A DNA stretch of 64,000 nt from Azolla caroliniana. Taxonomy: Eukaryota > Plantae > Polypodiophyta. Where the stretch lies: assembly GCA_043228905.1 (NCBI GenBank), contig JBHGNT010000014.1, positions 16,678,001 through 16,742,000 of the forward strand, given 5' to 3'. Below the pieces are notes generated by a model. That model saw nothing but the letters and a program-made list of their open reading frames with translations. It did not search any database and was not told where the DNA came from. Position 1 is the first letter of the stretch. Every line of letters starts with the position of its first letter. This document shows, in pieces, positions 33,094 to 47,000 of this stretch. The position numbers were made by a program, and so were the translations under genes.

Positions 33094-36000
33094 TGTCGTG
33101 AAGAATTTCGGCCAAAGGCGGAAACCGGGAAATATTAGCTACATCGACGGGGTGCAGCATGTGCAGTCACCCTTGTACATTTAGTGTGAATAACGAGGGC
33201 GCCTTTATGGCGCCGAAGAGTAGACAAGTCGGGACAGAGAATCCCATGCAAGTCGGGATTTAACCCACATTGTAACGCATCTCCCTCCTTGTTCTATAAA
33301 AGGAAGGGAGCGCCTCTTGTGAAGGGGTTGCCCGTTTTGTGTTAGAGGGTATACCGTTAGATTTAGGGCTAGTTTCTTCTTCTTCTTCTTGATCTTCTTC
33401 TTCGTCTTCTTCGCCGTGTGGGTTGAGAGTTCATGTTTGTTTAGGGTTGTTTCTGCTCGGTCTCCTGTGCAAGACCCCGTTCGGCACAACGAGCCCGAGA
33501 GCTCCCCAATCTGCGGCTTGGCGTCAGACTGCCGTTGTAACCTACCGTACCTCGGCCCGGCTCGAAGCCGGGAATATACTCTTTCCCTTGATATATATAT
33601 ATATACATTTGTGTCTGTCTGTGCATATTCATGTCTCTATTGGGGTCCAGTGTTTGTGTGGGTGTTTTTGGTGTTCTCTTACCTCCGTTTTTGTACATAA
33701 GGGCATGAGTTGGGTCGGCGTGGTGTGTGTGGGTGTGAGTCGGTGTCAAGCGCGCGCTCTCTCTCTTTCTCTCTCCCGTTCGGCCGCTTCCGGAACGCAT
33801 CCGGAATCGTCTTCTCAGCTTCCCTTCTTCTCTCGTCCGAGACCCCCGTGGTCCCGCCCTTCTACGCGCGAACGCGACATCTTTGGTGAACCCGACGTGA
33901 AGGGCGGCAAGGGAGAATGGAGCTGGAAGAAGACGACTTCGCGGAACTTTTTGTCGAAGCGGTGAGGGAGTTTGGACGAGCAACGGCAAGACAAGAGATG
34001 GCGCGCGCAGCAAGCGGTTGAGCGAGTGGTCGAAAGAGTCGGCCGTTTCAACGGGGACAAAGTCCCATCTTACTTGGAAGCCTTCAACACGGAGATGGAG
34101 GAGCAAGACGTAGATGAGGCGTTGAGGTTGGAGTTCTTCTGTCGGGTCGTCATCGCCCGTATGCACGCAGAAGTGAAGGAGCTCCGAGAAGCTCATAGTT
34201 CGTGGGAGGCCTTCGAAGAGGCGCTCCTGCAGGCATATGGAGGACATCGGAAGAGCCGGGGACGATGCGACTTCGACCAGTGGGTTGCATCGGCGAAGAC
34301 CCACCGGGGCGCAATGAAGGCGTTCCGAGAGTACAAGCGACGGCTTGCTCGGCTCCCAGAGCGGGAACAAGGATTGGTGGGGACGGACAAAGTCATGTTG
34401 TTCGTTAAGTCGATCGACCGAGCGGAACAGGAGGCCATCGGGATTGAGCTCGAAGACGAGGATGGAGCGAATGGCCTCACCGAGGACTGGTCGAAGGTCG
34501 GAAGGGTGTGCCAATGGCTAGATGACGAGCGAGCTGAGAAGGCTAAGAGGTAGGCGTGCGACGGCATGCCATCACAGCGGGAAGAGGCCGAACGGCAAAG
34601 AGAGTCGGCAAGGGTCGGCGTTGGGGCCAGGATTGCGGAGGCGTACGCAGCTCTCGAGGCGATGCTCGAGGAAGAGGAAAGATCGAGGCCGCAAGCCGAG
34701 ACTGAGGAGATGGACTTGCCCCACGTGATGGCAGAAGATTGGTACAACGGTACGACGGGAGAGGGTGCGGAACAAAACGCCCTCTCGACTTGCAGAGATA
34801 GAACGGCCAAGGACGAGGCCGAGATACCGATCGCGGAATCGGATAGTTGGGACCAGCAGTTTCGGGCGTGTCAGCCCGAAACCCCGGACATCGGAGAAGC
34901 AAGCCCAGGCAGGGTTTACGCGATCAGTAAGGAGACGACCGCCGACCATGAAGAGCCGGTGGCTACGGACAAGGGCGTAAAACGGACGGGCGATTCTTTG
35001 TGTCTTCCCACACTTGCTCCCGAGACGATGGCAATCGGGCCCGAGTGCCCACGTGAGTCCCAAGAGGAGGAAGGCAACGGTGAGAGAACGAGAATCACCG
35101 GCAAGACTATACGGGGAAGGAGCGGACGAAAGCCCTCGGACCCGATTCCGGAGAACTCGGCATTCGGGCCCTTATGTCCATGTAAGACCAAGGAGATGGA
35201 TGACGGTACCGAGGAGTCCTGGCACAATGCCAGCGAAGATGGATGGGAGATGGCCCGCGAAAGGGTTGATGAAGAGACCAAGGAACGACCCGACCAGGGA
35301 CCGAACCGCGCGACGCTCCGATACGGGTGGAGCGTAATCCGGTCGTGGATTGTTCGATCGGGGCCGGATTCGGCATGAAGGTGCCGATATGGGAGAGGGT
35401 GCAGGATGAGCCGCCCTCTTTTACATGGGGAGAAAGACCGACCGGGCGAAGGTCAGGAATTGGAAGGAGGGTGAAGGTTAGGACCGAGGTTCAGAACGAG
35501 TCTGGTAAGGTCGACATCGGAGCCGAAACTCCGGACATTGGAGAATCAAGCTCAGGCGAGGCTTGATTGATCACAGAGCGGATTCTATCCACCGACACCA
35601 CTAAAAGGGGCGGTGGCCCGGACGACTTGCTGAAAGACGTTGCGAAATCAGTTATGCCACATCCTATCCGGAGAGTTCGGTTGTTCGGCCGACGTGGCAA
35701 CGTAAGACCAAAGAGAAGGAAGATTGAGGCGAGAACGCAGCAAGGAGAGCGACGATGAGTTCGAGAGAAGTGCGGGGAACGAACACCGGTCCCATGAGAT
35801 CTTCACACTGATTCGGTTGTCGGCCCGAGTGCCGGCATGAGTCCTATAGGAGAGATCGGTGGCGACAGGAGAACGGGACCCGGCAATCCGGAGAATGACG
35901 AACGGACCCGGACGAGAACCGGGCGGAGCGGACTCCAGAATAACCATTCCGGGAGGGAGGAAGAGAGCAAGCCTACAAAGAGGCCGAGAACACGGTACGT

Positions 36001-38064
36001 CGGTACCACGGAAGAGGGTGTGGAGCAAGCCACCCTCTCAGCTTGCGAAGGAAAGAAAGACCCGGGATAAGGGTCAAGGATACGACGAGCCCAAGGAGGA
36101 TCCTTCACACCGGATCTAGAGACTTCGGTAGTCGGCAACGCGGTCGATGTAAGACCAAGATACTAACAGTGAAGGCGAGGGGACAACGGCGGAAGACATC
36201 GAAATACGACGAGCCCAAGGAGGATCCTTCACACCGGTTCCACAGACTCCAGCGGTCGGCCCGAGAGCCGACGTGAGACCTAGAGTGGTGATCGGTGGCG
36301 GAAAAGGGGACGAAGGCGAGGGAACTACGGACGGGCGGTCTACGGAGATCCTCACACTGATCCGGCGGTCGGGCCGAGTGCCGGCGTGAGTCCTATAGGA
36401 GAGGTCGGTGGCGGCAAGTGAACGTGATCAGACGACGGAAGCAGAGAAAGAAGGTATCAAGCCGGCGACGCGGCTACTAACCGAATCGGACCTACCAGCA
36501 AGGTCACAAGCATAAGGAAGTCCGGTCCTACGGGATCCCCACACCGGTTCCGGAGACCCCGGCTGTTCGGCCAACGTGGCAACGTAAGACCGAGGGAGAA
36601 GGAAGGTGGCGGCAGGAAATGGGACCCAACTACGTGGAAGACATGAGGAGAGTCCGGGAGGGACTCAAACAAACACACCCTGAATTTCGGCAAGCAACGA
36701 AACCAAGACTGGTCCAATGGGATCTTCACACCGGTTCCGGAGACCCCGGTTGTTCGTCCAACGTGGCAACATAAGATCGAGGGAGAAGCAAGGTGGCGGT
36801 AAGGAACGGGACCCGGCATCGACAAAGGTCGGTAAGACGCAGACAAAGTGCGAAACCCCTACCGGCTGGTTATGGTTTCCGAAGGAGCCGGTAGGGGCAA
36901 ACACGAGGAGGTGTGTCGGGCCTAAAGGGCACACCTGGGGCGGAACAAGAGTCTCGCAAGTGGCCATCATGGGCCGGATCGAAGCGTGACTACGGGATAG
37001 TGTTCGGCACGGGCGGTGCCGAACAAAGCGAGCACGAAGAATGGGTTGCACGGTTCGGAGGTCACGCGTAGAAGACCGGAGATGGATCCTCCACACCGAC
37101 GTAAGACCTTGGCAGTCCGAGCTGATGTGACGACGAAAGACCAAGGAGAAGGAAGGTGGTGGCGAGGGGACGAAGGCAATGGGGAACAACATGGGACGAC
37201 GACCAGGACCACGTGCATGGTCGACGGAGGCCAGGCGGGCGACTACGGGCGTTCCTCAAGCAAAGGACATCGGGCATACGACGGAGAGCGGAGCATGCAT
37301 ACGGCCGAACAAGGGCCAGTGGAAGTGCTCGGACTACGGAGATCGCGGCGAAGGACCCATCGACGGGTCGAACGAGCCTACGGGGAGGTAAGCGCGAAGA
37401 AAGAACCGAAGCCGGCGATTCAAACTGGTAGCGAGCTGGGATGCGGATTACGGAAGACCAGTTTCTCACCGGCCGAAATCTCTTACCCTTCACCGGATTT
37501 GGCATGTACCGGTGGACATGTGGTTTGGTGGCGGCGGATGTCGTTTCGTTAGATTTAGGGTTAGTTTCTTCTTCTTCTTGATCTTCTTCTTCGTCTTCTT
37601 CGTCGTGTGGGTTGAGAGTTCATGTTTGTTTAGGATTGTTTCTGCTCGGTCTCCTGTGCAAGACCCCGTTCGGCGCAACTAGCCCAAGAGCTCCCCGATC
37701 TGCGGCTTGGCGTAAGACTGCTATTGGAACCTACCCTACCTCGGCCCGGCTCGAAGCCAAGAATGTACTCTTTCCCTTGATATATATATATATATACATT
37801 TGCGTCTGTCTGTGCATATTCATGTCTCTGTTGGGGTCCGGTTTTTGTGTGGGTGTTTTTGGTGTTCTCTTACCTCCGTTTCTGTACATAAGGGCATGAG
37901 TTGGGTCGGCGTGGTGTGTGTGGGTGTGAGTCGGTGTCAAGCGCGCGCTCTCTCTCTTTCTCTCTCCCATTCGGCCGCTTCTAGAACGCGTCCGGAATCA
38001 TCTTCTCTCGTCCGAGACCCCCGTGGTCCCGCCCTTCTACACGCGCGCGCGTAATAACACGACA
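33094..38064 (+). mobile_element. Non-autonomous gag-only tRNA-Trp-family element (decayed ORF; 3' LTR partly deleted)
   Basis: LTRs 33094-33879 and 37539-38064; TSD ACGT; PBS 33884; Gag-N homology at 33972-34553 followed by repeat modules; no pol. Confidence 0.92.
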
Positions 38065-38068
38065 ACGT

Positions 38069-38612
38069 TGTCACGATATTCCGCGAGTACGTGTAGGATC
38101 CAAGGCGGGACCGCAGGGGTCTTGGACTAGGGAGTAGAGGAGAAAGAATAAGACAAGAAATGGAAGCTTAGCTCAAGAGGAGAGGAGAATGAATATGACA
38201 TTAAGATTGAAGAAGAAGACGATGGAGTCGAGATACTCAACAAGTTTATTCAGACTTCACAAATGATTACAACAATGGCCGCATAGGCTGCACCAAACGG
38301 TATAACAAAACCCTAACCGGATAAGCAAGCAAAGAAGACGAAGAAGAAACCCTAGAGGGAAACCCTAAAAGAAACCCAAATAGAGACCCTCGACCTAAGT
38401 GGTATACCTCTCTTACTCAAAATAGGCAACCCCTTCACAAGAGACCCCTCCCTTCCTTTTATAGCCCAAGGAGGGAGGGACATTACAATGTGGGATAAAT
38501 ACTCCCCCTTATTCTGTACATCGTTTTCTTACTATACATGTGCACATGTTGCATACCACCGACTTGCCCATTCCACCCCAGTTTCACACTATAGCCGGAA
38601 ATCTTCACGACA
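38069..38612 (-). mobile_element. Solo LTR of the tRNA-Trp family
   Basis: Reverse-strand TGTCGTGAAGAT start and U5 motif; TSD ACGT at 38065 and 38613. Confidence 0.9.
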
Positions 38613-41067
38613 ACGTACTCTGCATCCGGAAATCTTCGGGGAGCTCTTCGCTCTCTCAGAGGATATCTTCATCCTTGGTTTCTGACTACCGGTTCCTCCA
38701 TTTATTCCTCAACTGAATCTGATTCGGGATCTTGTTTGGTTTTGGTGTATTATTATTATTATTATTATTATTCTGTTGGTTCGGTTTCTTGTCTGTATCT
38801 GGCCGGTTCATCGAGTGTCATGCGGTTACCGACTAACATCCGGTTTTTCAACCAGGTATATCCTTGTGTCCTCAAGCTGGTTTTCATTGGATGATCTGGA
38901 TTTCATCACCTTCTTCTCTGATTCCCAGTCGACAATGGTCATGTCTTCCATTAAGACTATGTCCTGACTCCGGAACACCTTCTTGTCAACCAAATCCCAC
39001 ACCCGGTAACCGAACTCATCATCGTCGTATCCAAGGAATATGCATGGCCTGGACTTTGGATCCAGTTTTGCTCTCTTATCCTTTGCAACATGCACATATG
39101 CGAGAGACCCGAACACCTTCAAATGCCAGTAAGACACGTCCTTGCCGGTCCATATTCTTTGTGGTGTGTCTCCATCCAAGGGTATTGAGGGTGATCTGTT
39201 TATCACATAGGTCGTCGTCGCCAGCGCCTCAGCCCAAGACGTCTTGGGTAACTTTGCATGTGCCAGCATGCTCCAGACTCTGTCCATTATGGTCTGGTTC
39301 ATTCTTTCGGCCAACCTGTTCAATTCCGGCATCTTCGGCACGGTGAATTCAAGCCAGATTCCCTTCGACTGACAGTACTCCTCAAACTGCCCTCGGTATT
39401 CTCCTCCCTTTTTCCCTCGAACCTCCTTCAGCTTTCGGCCGGTTTCTCTTTCCACTCTCACGTGGAGCTCCTAGAAGACGGATAACAGTTTATCCTTCGT
39501 CTTCAGTGGTGAGACCCACAACTTCCGGTTGTGGTCATCTATGAACGTCACGAATTACTGCAATCCGGCATGTGACTTCGTGTCCACTTGACACACATCG
39601 ATATGCACCAGCTCTAGTGTTGCGTTCTGTCTCATTGGTGATCTTGACCAGAAGGAGGTTCGGTTTTGCTTGCCGATCAGGAAATCAGTGCACTTCTCAA
39701 GTTGCACGTCCTTCACCGGAATGAGATGTCTTCGGCAAGTCTCTTCATCCCCTTCTAGCTCATATGACACAGTCTCTTGTGCCACAACTCACCGGTAGTG
39801 GTAGATGCTACATTCACTTTTTCCTGGCATATCTTGGCATTCATCAAGTATAGTGTGTTCACCTTCCGGGCTCGAGCCACTATTAGGCTTCCTTTGCTAA
39901 ATTTCATAACTCCGTTCCGGATGTTACCCGTGTAGCCTTCATCATCCAACCTACTGGCTGATATTAGGTTCAACCGAACCTCCGGAACGTGTCGGACTTC
40001 TTTCAGCAGCAATTTGCATCCGGTTGATGTCGTCAACAACACATTTCCTATGCCGATGATTCGGCAGGTCCCTTCATTCCCCATCCGAACACAACCGTGA
40101 TCACCAGGTTGTGTAGGATGAGAAGCATTTCCGGTCCGGTGTCAACTGGAACGACGCTCCGGAATCGACAACCCACATTGTCTCGTCGCCGACGAGGTTT
40201 AACTCATTCTCCTCGATAATGAGCATCAGTTCTTCTTCACTTGTCACGATTGCCGACGTTCCTTTCCGATCCGGGCCTCTCCGATCCGAACCGTTTAGGT
40301 CCAAACTCTTCTTCGAATCGGTAGTACCGGTTTCTTTCTCTTTCCGGAAATGTCGACAGTTCTTCTGGAAGTGCCCTAGCTTCCCACAGTAGAAGCAAGT
40401 AGGCCTCCCCCTTGACTACGACCTTGTTCCCGATTTGTCCCAATTTTGGGGACTCTGATATCGGCCTCTTCCCCGGTTGTGGTCATCTTCCGTAACTAAG
40501 GCCTTCAGATCGGTTCCGGACTCTCGGTCCTTCTAGTGAGCTTCTTCATCTAGAAAGCTTGACTTGACTCTTGCTAGGGACACTTGTTTTCCTTCCGGCC
40601 CGGCGTTGTCCAACGTGACAACTAACGTCTCCCAGCTATCCGAGAGGGAACCGAGCAAGAGTTATGCGAGTACCTCATCCGCGAGAGGTACTTCCAACGA
40701 GGTTGCTTGGTGTATTAGTCCCTAGAAGGCATTCATGTGCTTCGTCATACTAGAGCCGTCCTGGTACCGGTGTCGCGTTGTTACGCATGTGCGGGTGGAA
40801 GGGGCGGGACCACGGGCGTCTCGGTCCTTCCAATGAGCTTCTTCATCTAGCAAGCTTGACTTGACTCTTGCTAGGGACACTTGTTTTCCTTCCGGCCCGG
40901 CACTGCCCAACGTGACAACTAACGTCTCCCAACTATCCGAGAGGGAACCGAGCAGGAGTTATGCGAGTACCTCATCGGCGAGAGGTACTTCCAACGAGGT
41001 TGCTTGGTGTATTAGTCCCTAGAAGGCATTCATGTGCTTCGTCATACTGGAGCCGTCCTGGTACCGG
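38613..41067 (-). pseudogene. Copia gag, protease and integrase of the host element
   Basis: WVVDSGASF, LWHKRLCHMS, ELVHIDVC and AERMNQTIM motifs with stops and frameshifts. Confidence 0.9.
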
Positions 41068-41121
41068 TGTCGCGTTGTTACACACGTGCATGTGGAAGGG
41101 GCGAGACCACGGGCGTCTCGG
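40522..41121. repeat. 297-bp tandem duplication copying a Copia/LTR insertion junction
   Basis: Junction GTACCGG|TGTCGCG appears at 40771 and 41068; TCTCGG microhomology at the breakpoint. Confidence 0.9.
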
Positions 41122-42668
41122 ACGAGGGAGAAAGGGAGTTCAGGAAACCGACTCTGGACACGTACCAGAGGCTACCGAACACGAGAGAGAGAGATTGCGC
41201 GCAACACCGACTCTTATGTGCAGAAACCAAAAGGGGTAGAAACACCTGACACCATCAGAGACGTAGAAGTGCACAACCAAACAGATATATATATTACAAG
41301 AGAAGATTACAACCCCAGCTTCGAGCCGGACCAAGGTAGGTTACAATAGCAGTTCGCTGCCAAGCCGCCGATCGGGGTCTTGCACAGGAGACCGAGCAGA
41401 AGCAAACCCTAAACAGACACGAACTCTCTCCCTCACGACGAGGAAGAAGAAGAAGAAACCTACCAAGTTAAAACCGCCTAACCCTAATCTAATAGTATAC
41501 CCCCTAACACAAAAATGGGAAACCCTTCTACAAGGGACCATCCCTTCCTTTTATAGAACAAGGAGAGAGATGCGTTACAATGTGGGATAAATCTCGATTT
41601 ACATGGGATTCTTTGTCCCGACTTGACTCCTACTCGGCGCCATAAAGGCCCCCCCTATTATTCACACGTTTACACAAGGGTGAGTACACATGATGCACTC
41701 CGTCGATTCTCACGATATTCTCTGGTTCCGCCTAGGGACGGTTTTCTCCACGACATCCGCCCCCACCTAACCGCGCATCCACCGGTATGCGCCAAACTAG
41801 ACTCTTGCCGGAGAAGACCGGCCGACGCTTACCCTTTGTTCTCCGAATCGCCCATCGCCTTCGTCCCCTCACCGCCATCTTCCTTCTCCTTGGTCTTACG
41901 TTGCCACGTTGGCTAGTACTGCCAAGGCCTCCGAAACCGGTGTGGAGGATCGCTCTCCGGACTTCTACCCAATATCTCCTGATCCGGCAACCATCTGTCG
42001 CGCGCCTACTTTCTTTCGACACCTCCTTGTCTGGCACCGTCTATACCAAACACTGTCTCGTACCCGTGCTTTGCTTTGGCCCTCGATGGCCACACGCACG
42101 TCTTCTGTTCCACTTTCGGGTGTGCCCTTTCCGGCTCGGCACACCGCTCCTTAACCGGGTGTCCTCGATAGCTCACCGGAAGATCACCCTTGTCACGTCC
42201 TGGCCCGCAAGGCCTCCTTCTTTCACGTAACGTCTTAGTCGGTTGTTACCGGCCGGCAAGGAGTCCAAAATATGGAATGAAGGAATTAATTAAATATGGT
42301 TGTAAATGAGCATAGTGTGGACGGACGGACTGGAAACGGTATGCCGTTCCAGATCCGGACGGATCCCGAATAGGTGCGATAGGCACCGTTTTGTACTACG
42401 GGCCGGAAACCTATTTAAAGGCCCGGACCCCATTGTAATCGCAGCGGATAATTAATAGAGCTTATGATGTTTATACTTCTGTCTTGATTTCCGTTCTGTA
42501 ATTACTGTTATATCTTACGCGTGTAATTAACCAAAGCATTCTAATCGTGTAACCTACGTAAGTCGGTGTAATCGTTGAATATTAATCCTATGCCGTAATC
42601 ACCCTTTGGTGAAGTGTCTCCGTGACACCTTGTGTTAGACCTTGTCCGGTCAGAGAATAACACAGTTT

Positions 42669-42679
42669 TGGCGACCACG
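42669..42679 (+). promoter_or_regulatory. Putative PBS, tRNA-Arg-like
   Basis: TGGCGACCAC 6 nt after the LTR; matches the recalled plant tRNA-Arg(UCG) 3' end over about 10 nt. Confidence 0.55.
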
Positions 42680-42713
42680 ATTCCTGCTTTCTCGCAGCGA
42701 ACGACGGTAATGG

Positions 42714-44090
42714 ATGACTAGACCAACGCACGACTTGGTTACAGACCGAGCTCGACGCCTCGCCGAACGGCAAAGACGGCGTGAGACTTTCCAGCAAGCA
42801 GCGCACGAAATTCGCTCGGATCGTTCGTTCTCCAACGAGATCCGGAGAGTCACGGAGGAATCCCTTCGGTTACGGCAAACTCGCGACCAGGACGACGAAA
42901 GCAGTCTAAGTAGTCTCCGGGAAACCGAACGCCTCCTCGAGGCACTGGCAAGCGGAGAAAACGAGGCAGAAGCCTTTTCAGCCTACGAATCGGATTCCGA
43001 AGGAGGATACAGCGTGCACACGAATTACCGGAGCAACAACGATACCCCCGGCGGCCCGGAAGACGACGGGTCGGATACCGTGCCGACTCCAGAACCGGAA
43101 CCGCTCAACCAGGGCTATCCGGAACCGCAAACGGAAGCCGTCAACCCACCAACACCGGAAGTGGAAGAAGCAAAGCCACCGACACCAACGAAAGAGCCGG
43201 CAAAGGTACCGGAAGAAGAGCCGGTGAAGGAACCGGCAAAAGAACCGGAAGTGGAACCGGAGAGAAAACCGGAAAGATATCAACAAACGCCAATAAACCG
43301 CGGCCTAATACTGGACGACGACATGCCGTTCCAATACTCAAAGTATCGCGATGATCCGGACGCGGAAGCGCATGTTCATGACTTCGAGCAGACATGGGAA
43401 GCAAATCACACGTCCCAGCGAATGACACCGGAGGAAGAAGAACGCTCGAAGATAGCGGAATTTGGAGTCACGTTGGAGGGACCGGCGACACGATGGCGGC
43501 GGACGCAGGACCCGGCGACCATCACAACCTTTGCAGAATTAAAAGCAAAATTCTTGCATTTTTTCCACAAGGAGGTCGACCAGACGACAATGGTGGGCCT
43601 GTTTTATACGATCCGGTAGGAGGCAGGGGAAAGCATTCCCCAATTCGTCATCCGTTTCCAACGAATGCATAGCCAGCTTGCCCGTGCACCCCCGGAGGAG
43701 GAATTACGGACGATATTTTTAAACGCACTCCGGGAACCGTTACGCACGGTGTGTACGGTGATCGACTTTCGAGGATGCACCATCGACCAGGTCATTGACC
43801 GGGTCAGAGAAATGGAAAAGTCAAGCTCATGGCTTACGCTGGGAACACTGCAACGGGCGTTACCCACCGAGGAAGATCTCCGGTTCCGGCAGGCAATTCA
43901 ATGCACAATCTGCTTGAATGCCGGACACTCGGCAGTGGAGTGCACCATGCGCACTCAGTGTGTGATTTGTCAATCCAAGAGTCATACAACGGACCGGTGC
44001 GAGTACAACCTGTGAAACCGACAAGCACCACCCGTCCGATGGATCGAGCCAAGAAGCAGCCAAGACGAAGATGAAGATCGTTGGCAAAAA
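42714..44090 (+). pseudogene. gag, in frame with pol but broken by TAG (43617) and TGA (44013)
   Basis: ORFs 42714, 43665 and 44091 share one frame; capsid-like LEGPATRW region and two CCHC knuckles (CTICLNAGHSAVEC, CVICQSKSHTTDRC). Confidence 0.85.
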
Positions 44091-47000
44091 ATGAACCGGT
44101 ACCGACCGGCACAGGATGTCCGGTACGGAGACAGGCAAGAGAATGATGGCCGGTACGGGAATCGGCGTGATAACTACGACCGGTATGAGCGATCGGACCG
44201 TTATCGGGAGCCCAACAGACGACACGAGCAATACGACAGAGACCATTCCCCTGGTTACCGAAGGCACCAGGAGGACTACGGCCGATTTTACGATCCACCA
44301 CGACCGGACTACCGAAATAAAAATAAGAATAATAAGAAACGTAATTTCAAGAAAGGTGGTCACCCTAGGGACCCGGAACATGGAACCCCAAGGAGCCAAC
44401 CGGCACAGAACGCACCACTCACTACGGGACCGACTCCAGCTACCAGCAATGCTGAATCCAGCAATACCCGTAAAGAGTACTGCTACTACTGCAGGCAGGA
44501 AGGCCACTACAGTAACCAGTGCCCGGTAAAGAGCTACGAGAAACGACCAGCAGTTAATATGGTGGTTCCGGAAGTGACGGATGTACAGCAAGTAACCACA
44601 CGGTCGAAAGGCATGGCCAAAGAGTGGGAAACACAAGAGGCCATACGAAAACAGGCGACGGAATGGGTGAAGGAAGCCAATGAAAGGAACGTCGCGTACG
44701 CGGAACGGCAAAAGGCGAATACCATAGGGAGTGCCGGCGGTAGCCACCCAGAAAACGAGACATGGCAAGCACTGCAAGAATGTCAGATCACGTTGCCGTT
44801 AGGACGACTCTTGCAACTCGTGCCGCGATTTACGGAAGGACTAAAAACGGGCATGACAGACGGTATAGCCCCACCGGCACCAGTCCTCTTCTCGAACCCG
44901 GAGGAGGGACCGACGGTGGTGGACACTAGTAGTCCGGTGATTACAGCTATTGTCAAAGGGCACGAACTTCCCGGCACAGTAATTGATGGAGGTTCCGGGG
45001 TGAACGTAATAAGCCTCCACACGTGTAATGCCTTGGGTATACATGAATGGGAGCCATGTCCGTTCTGGCTACGGATGGCGGATACGAGCTCTATACGGCT
45101 GACGGGCTTAATACGGAAATTGGAAGTCACCATAGGAGGCCACACATTATACATCTCGGCTGTCGTGCTGCAGCTACAGGCGCAAGGCGCGTACCCACTA
45201 TTGCTGGGCAGACCATGGTTGAAAACAGCACACATCAAGCAAAATTGGCGGAAAAATATGATTACCTTCCGACGCGGAAAAGCCAAGGTCCGGGTACCGA
45301 CACAACCACGGACGAGCAACGGTAAGGAATGCACACCGTTGTATGCGGAATGCGTGAACATGCTTGAAGGATTGGCAGACGACGAAGAAGCCCAGTACTT
45401 GGAGGAACACCCGAAGATCGTACCACTCTTCGAGATTGACGTGGCTGAAGCCGTAGCGCCATACTTGCCGCAGCGGGACGAAACCGAAGCCGAACCAGAC
45501 AAAGATGCGATTCGGGAATTACGGCAAGTACAGGAAGCATTGGAACGGGAAATGGCCGTTTCCCAACGGGTAAAAACATCCCAGCTCGACGAAGTGAACC
45601 TAGGAGGCAAGGACGAATCAAAGCCGGTACACATCGCCAAAGAAATGAAGCCGGAAGATAAAGCGGCAATGATCAAACTACTCACGGAGTTTCGCGACGT
45701 ATTCGCCTGGTCATACGAAGACATGCGAGGGCTGGATCCTCAATTATACCAGCATCAGATCCACTTAGGCAGGGACGCGAAACCAGTGGCGCAAAGACGA
45801 TACCGAATGAACCCCAACTACGCCGCCAAAGTGAAGGAGGAAATCGACAAACTCCTAAGAGTGGGCTTCATCCGGCCGGTAAAGAAAGCGACGTGGCTGA
45901 GCCCCATCGTCGTCGTCCCAAAGAAGAACGGTAAAATCCGTGTGTGTGTAGATTACAGGAAACTAAATGCCGCCACAATTACGGATGCATTCCCTCTTCC
46001 GTTCACGGATGGAGTACTGGATGCCGTCACCGGCAATGAAGTTTATAGCTTTTTAGACGGCTTCAGCGGTTACAATCAAATCCGGATGCACCCCGACGAC
46101 CAGGAGAAGACAGCGTTCGTCACCGAATGGGGGGTGTTTGTGGCCGAAGTAATGATGTTCGGCCTAAAAACGGCACCAGCAACTTTCCAGCGAATCATCA
46201 TGGAGATCTTCGGCGAATACATTCCTGCCTTCATGCAAGTTTTCCTGGATGATTTTGCAGTCTATAGCCGGGGAAAAGACCATTTGCAGCACCTACGGTT
46301 ATGCCTTGAAAAGTGTAGGTTATACCGGCTAAGCTTAAACCCAGCAAAATGCATCTTTGGGGTTTCAAGTGGAATATTGCTGGGACACATTGTAAGTAAG
46401 GAGGGCATTGCGGTCGACCCCGACAAAGTAAACGCGATACTAGGGGCACCGGCGCCGAAAACGGCCAAAGCACTAAGCCGATTCTTAGGACAGATCCGGT
46501 GGCACAGCCGGATGCTCCGTCACTTGGCTGACTTGGCTACACCATTACACACCGCGGTACATCGGACACCGTTCCAATGGACGGATACGGAGGATAAGGC
46601 ATACAATGCCCTGAAGGTACTTTTGTCGCAAGCACCCGTCGTGCAGCCTCCGGATTGGAGCAAGGAATTTCATGTGTTCGTGGACGCTTCCGACATCGCT
46701 ATCGGCAGCGCCTTAATGCAACTTACGGAGCCTAAATGGTACCGGCCGGTATATTACGCCAGCCGGAAGCTGTCCCAAGCGGAGAAGAACTATTCGACAA
46801 TGGAACGGGAGGCCCTGGGCATGATCTACAGTGTAACAAAGTTTCGTCATTACCTATTGGGAAGGAAGTTCTCCTTCCATGTGGATCACTCGGCGCTCCT
46901 GTACTTAGTGTCCAAGGCGTCCCTGACCGGTAAGTTGGCCCGTTGGACCTTGCTGTTGCAGGAGTTCGAATTCGAGATCTTCCACCGGCCCGGTATCCAG

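Noticed and set aside
33441-34514. 357-aa antisense ORF and similar long shadow ORFs (26636-27628, 43860-44777, 44783-45724, 24112-24936)
   Set aside because: They are antisense to GC-rich TE coding sequence or cross LTR boundaries, and show no recognisable motifs.
43617-44015. Programmed stop-codon readthrough between gag and pol
   Set aside because: Both stops lie inside gag, lack a CARYYA context and are single C-to-T changes from CAG or CGA; mutation is more likely. Conservation in sibling copies would reopen the question.
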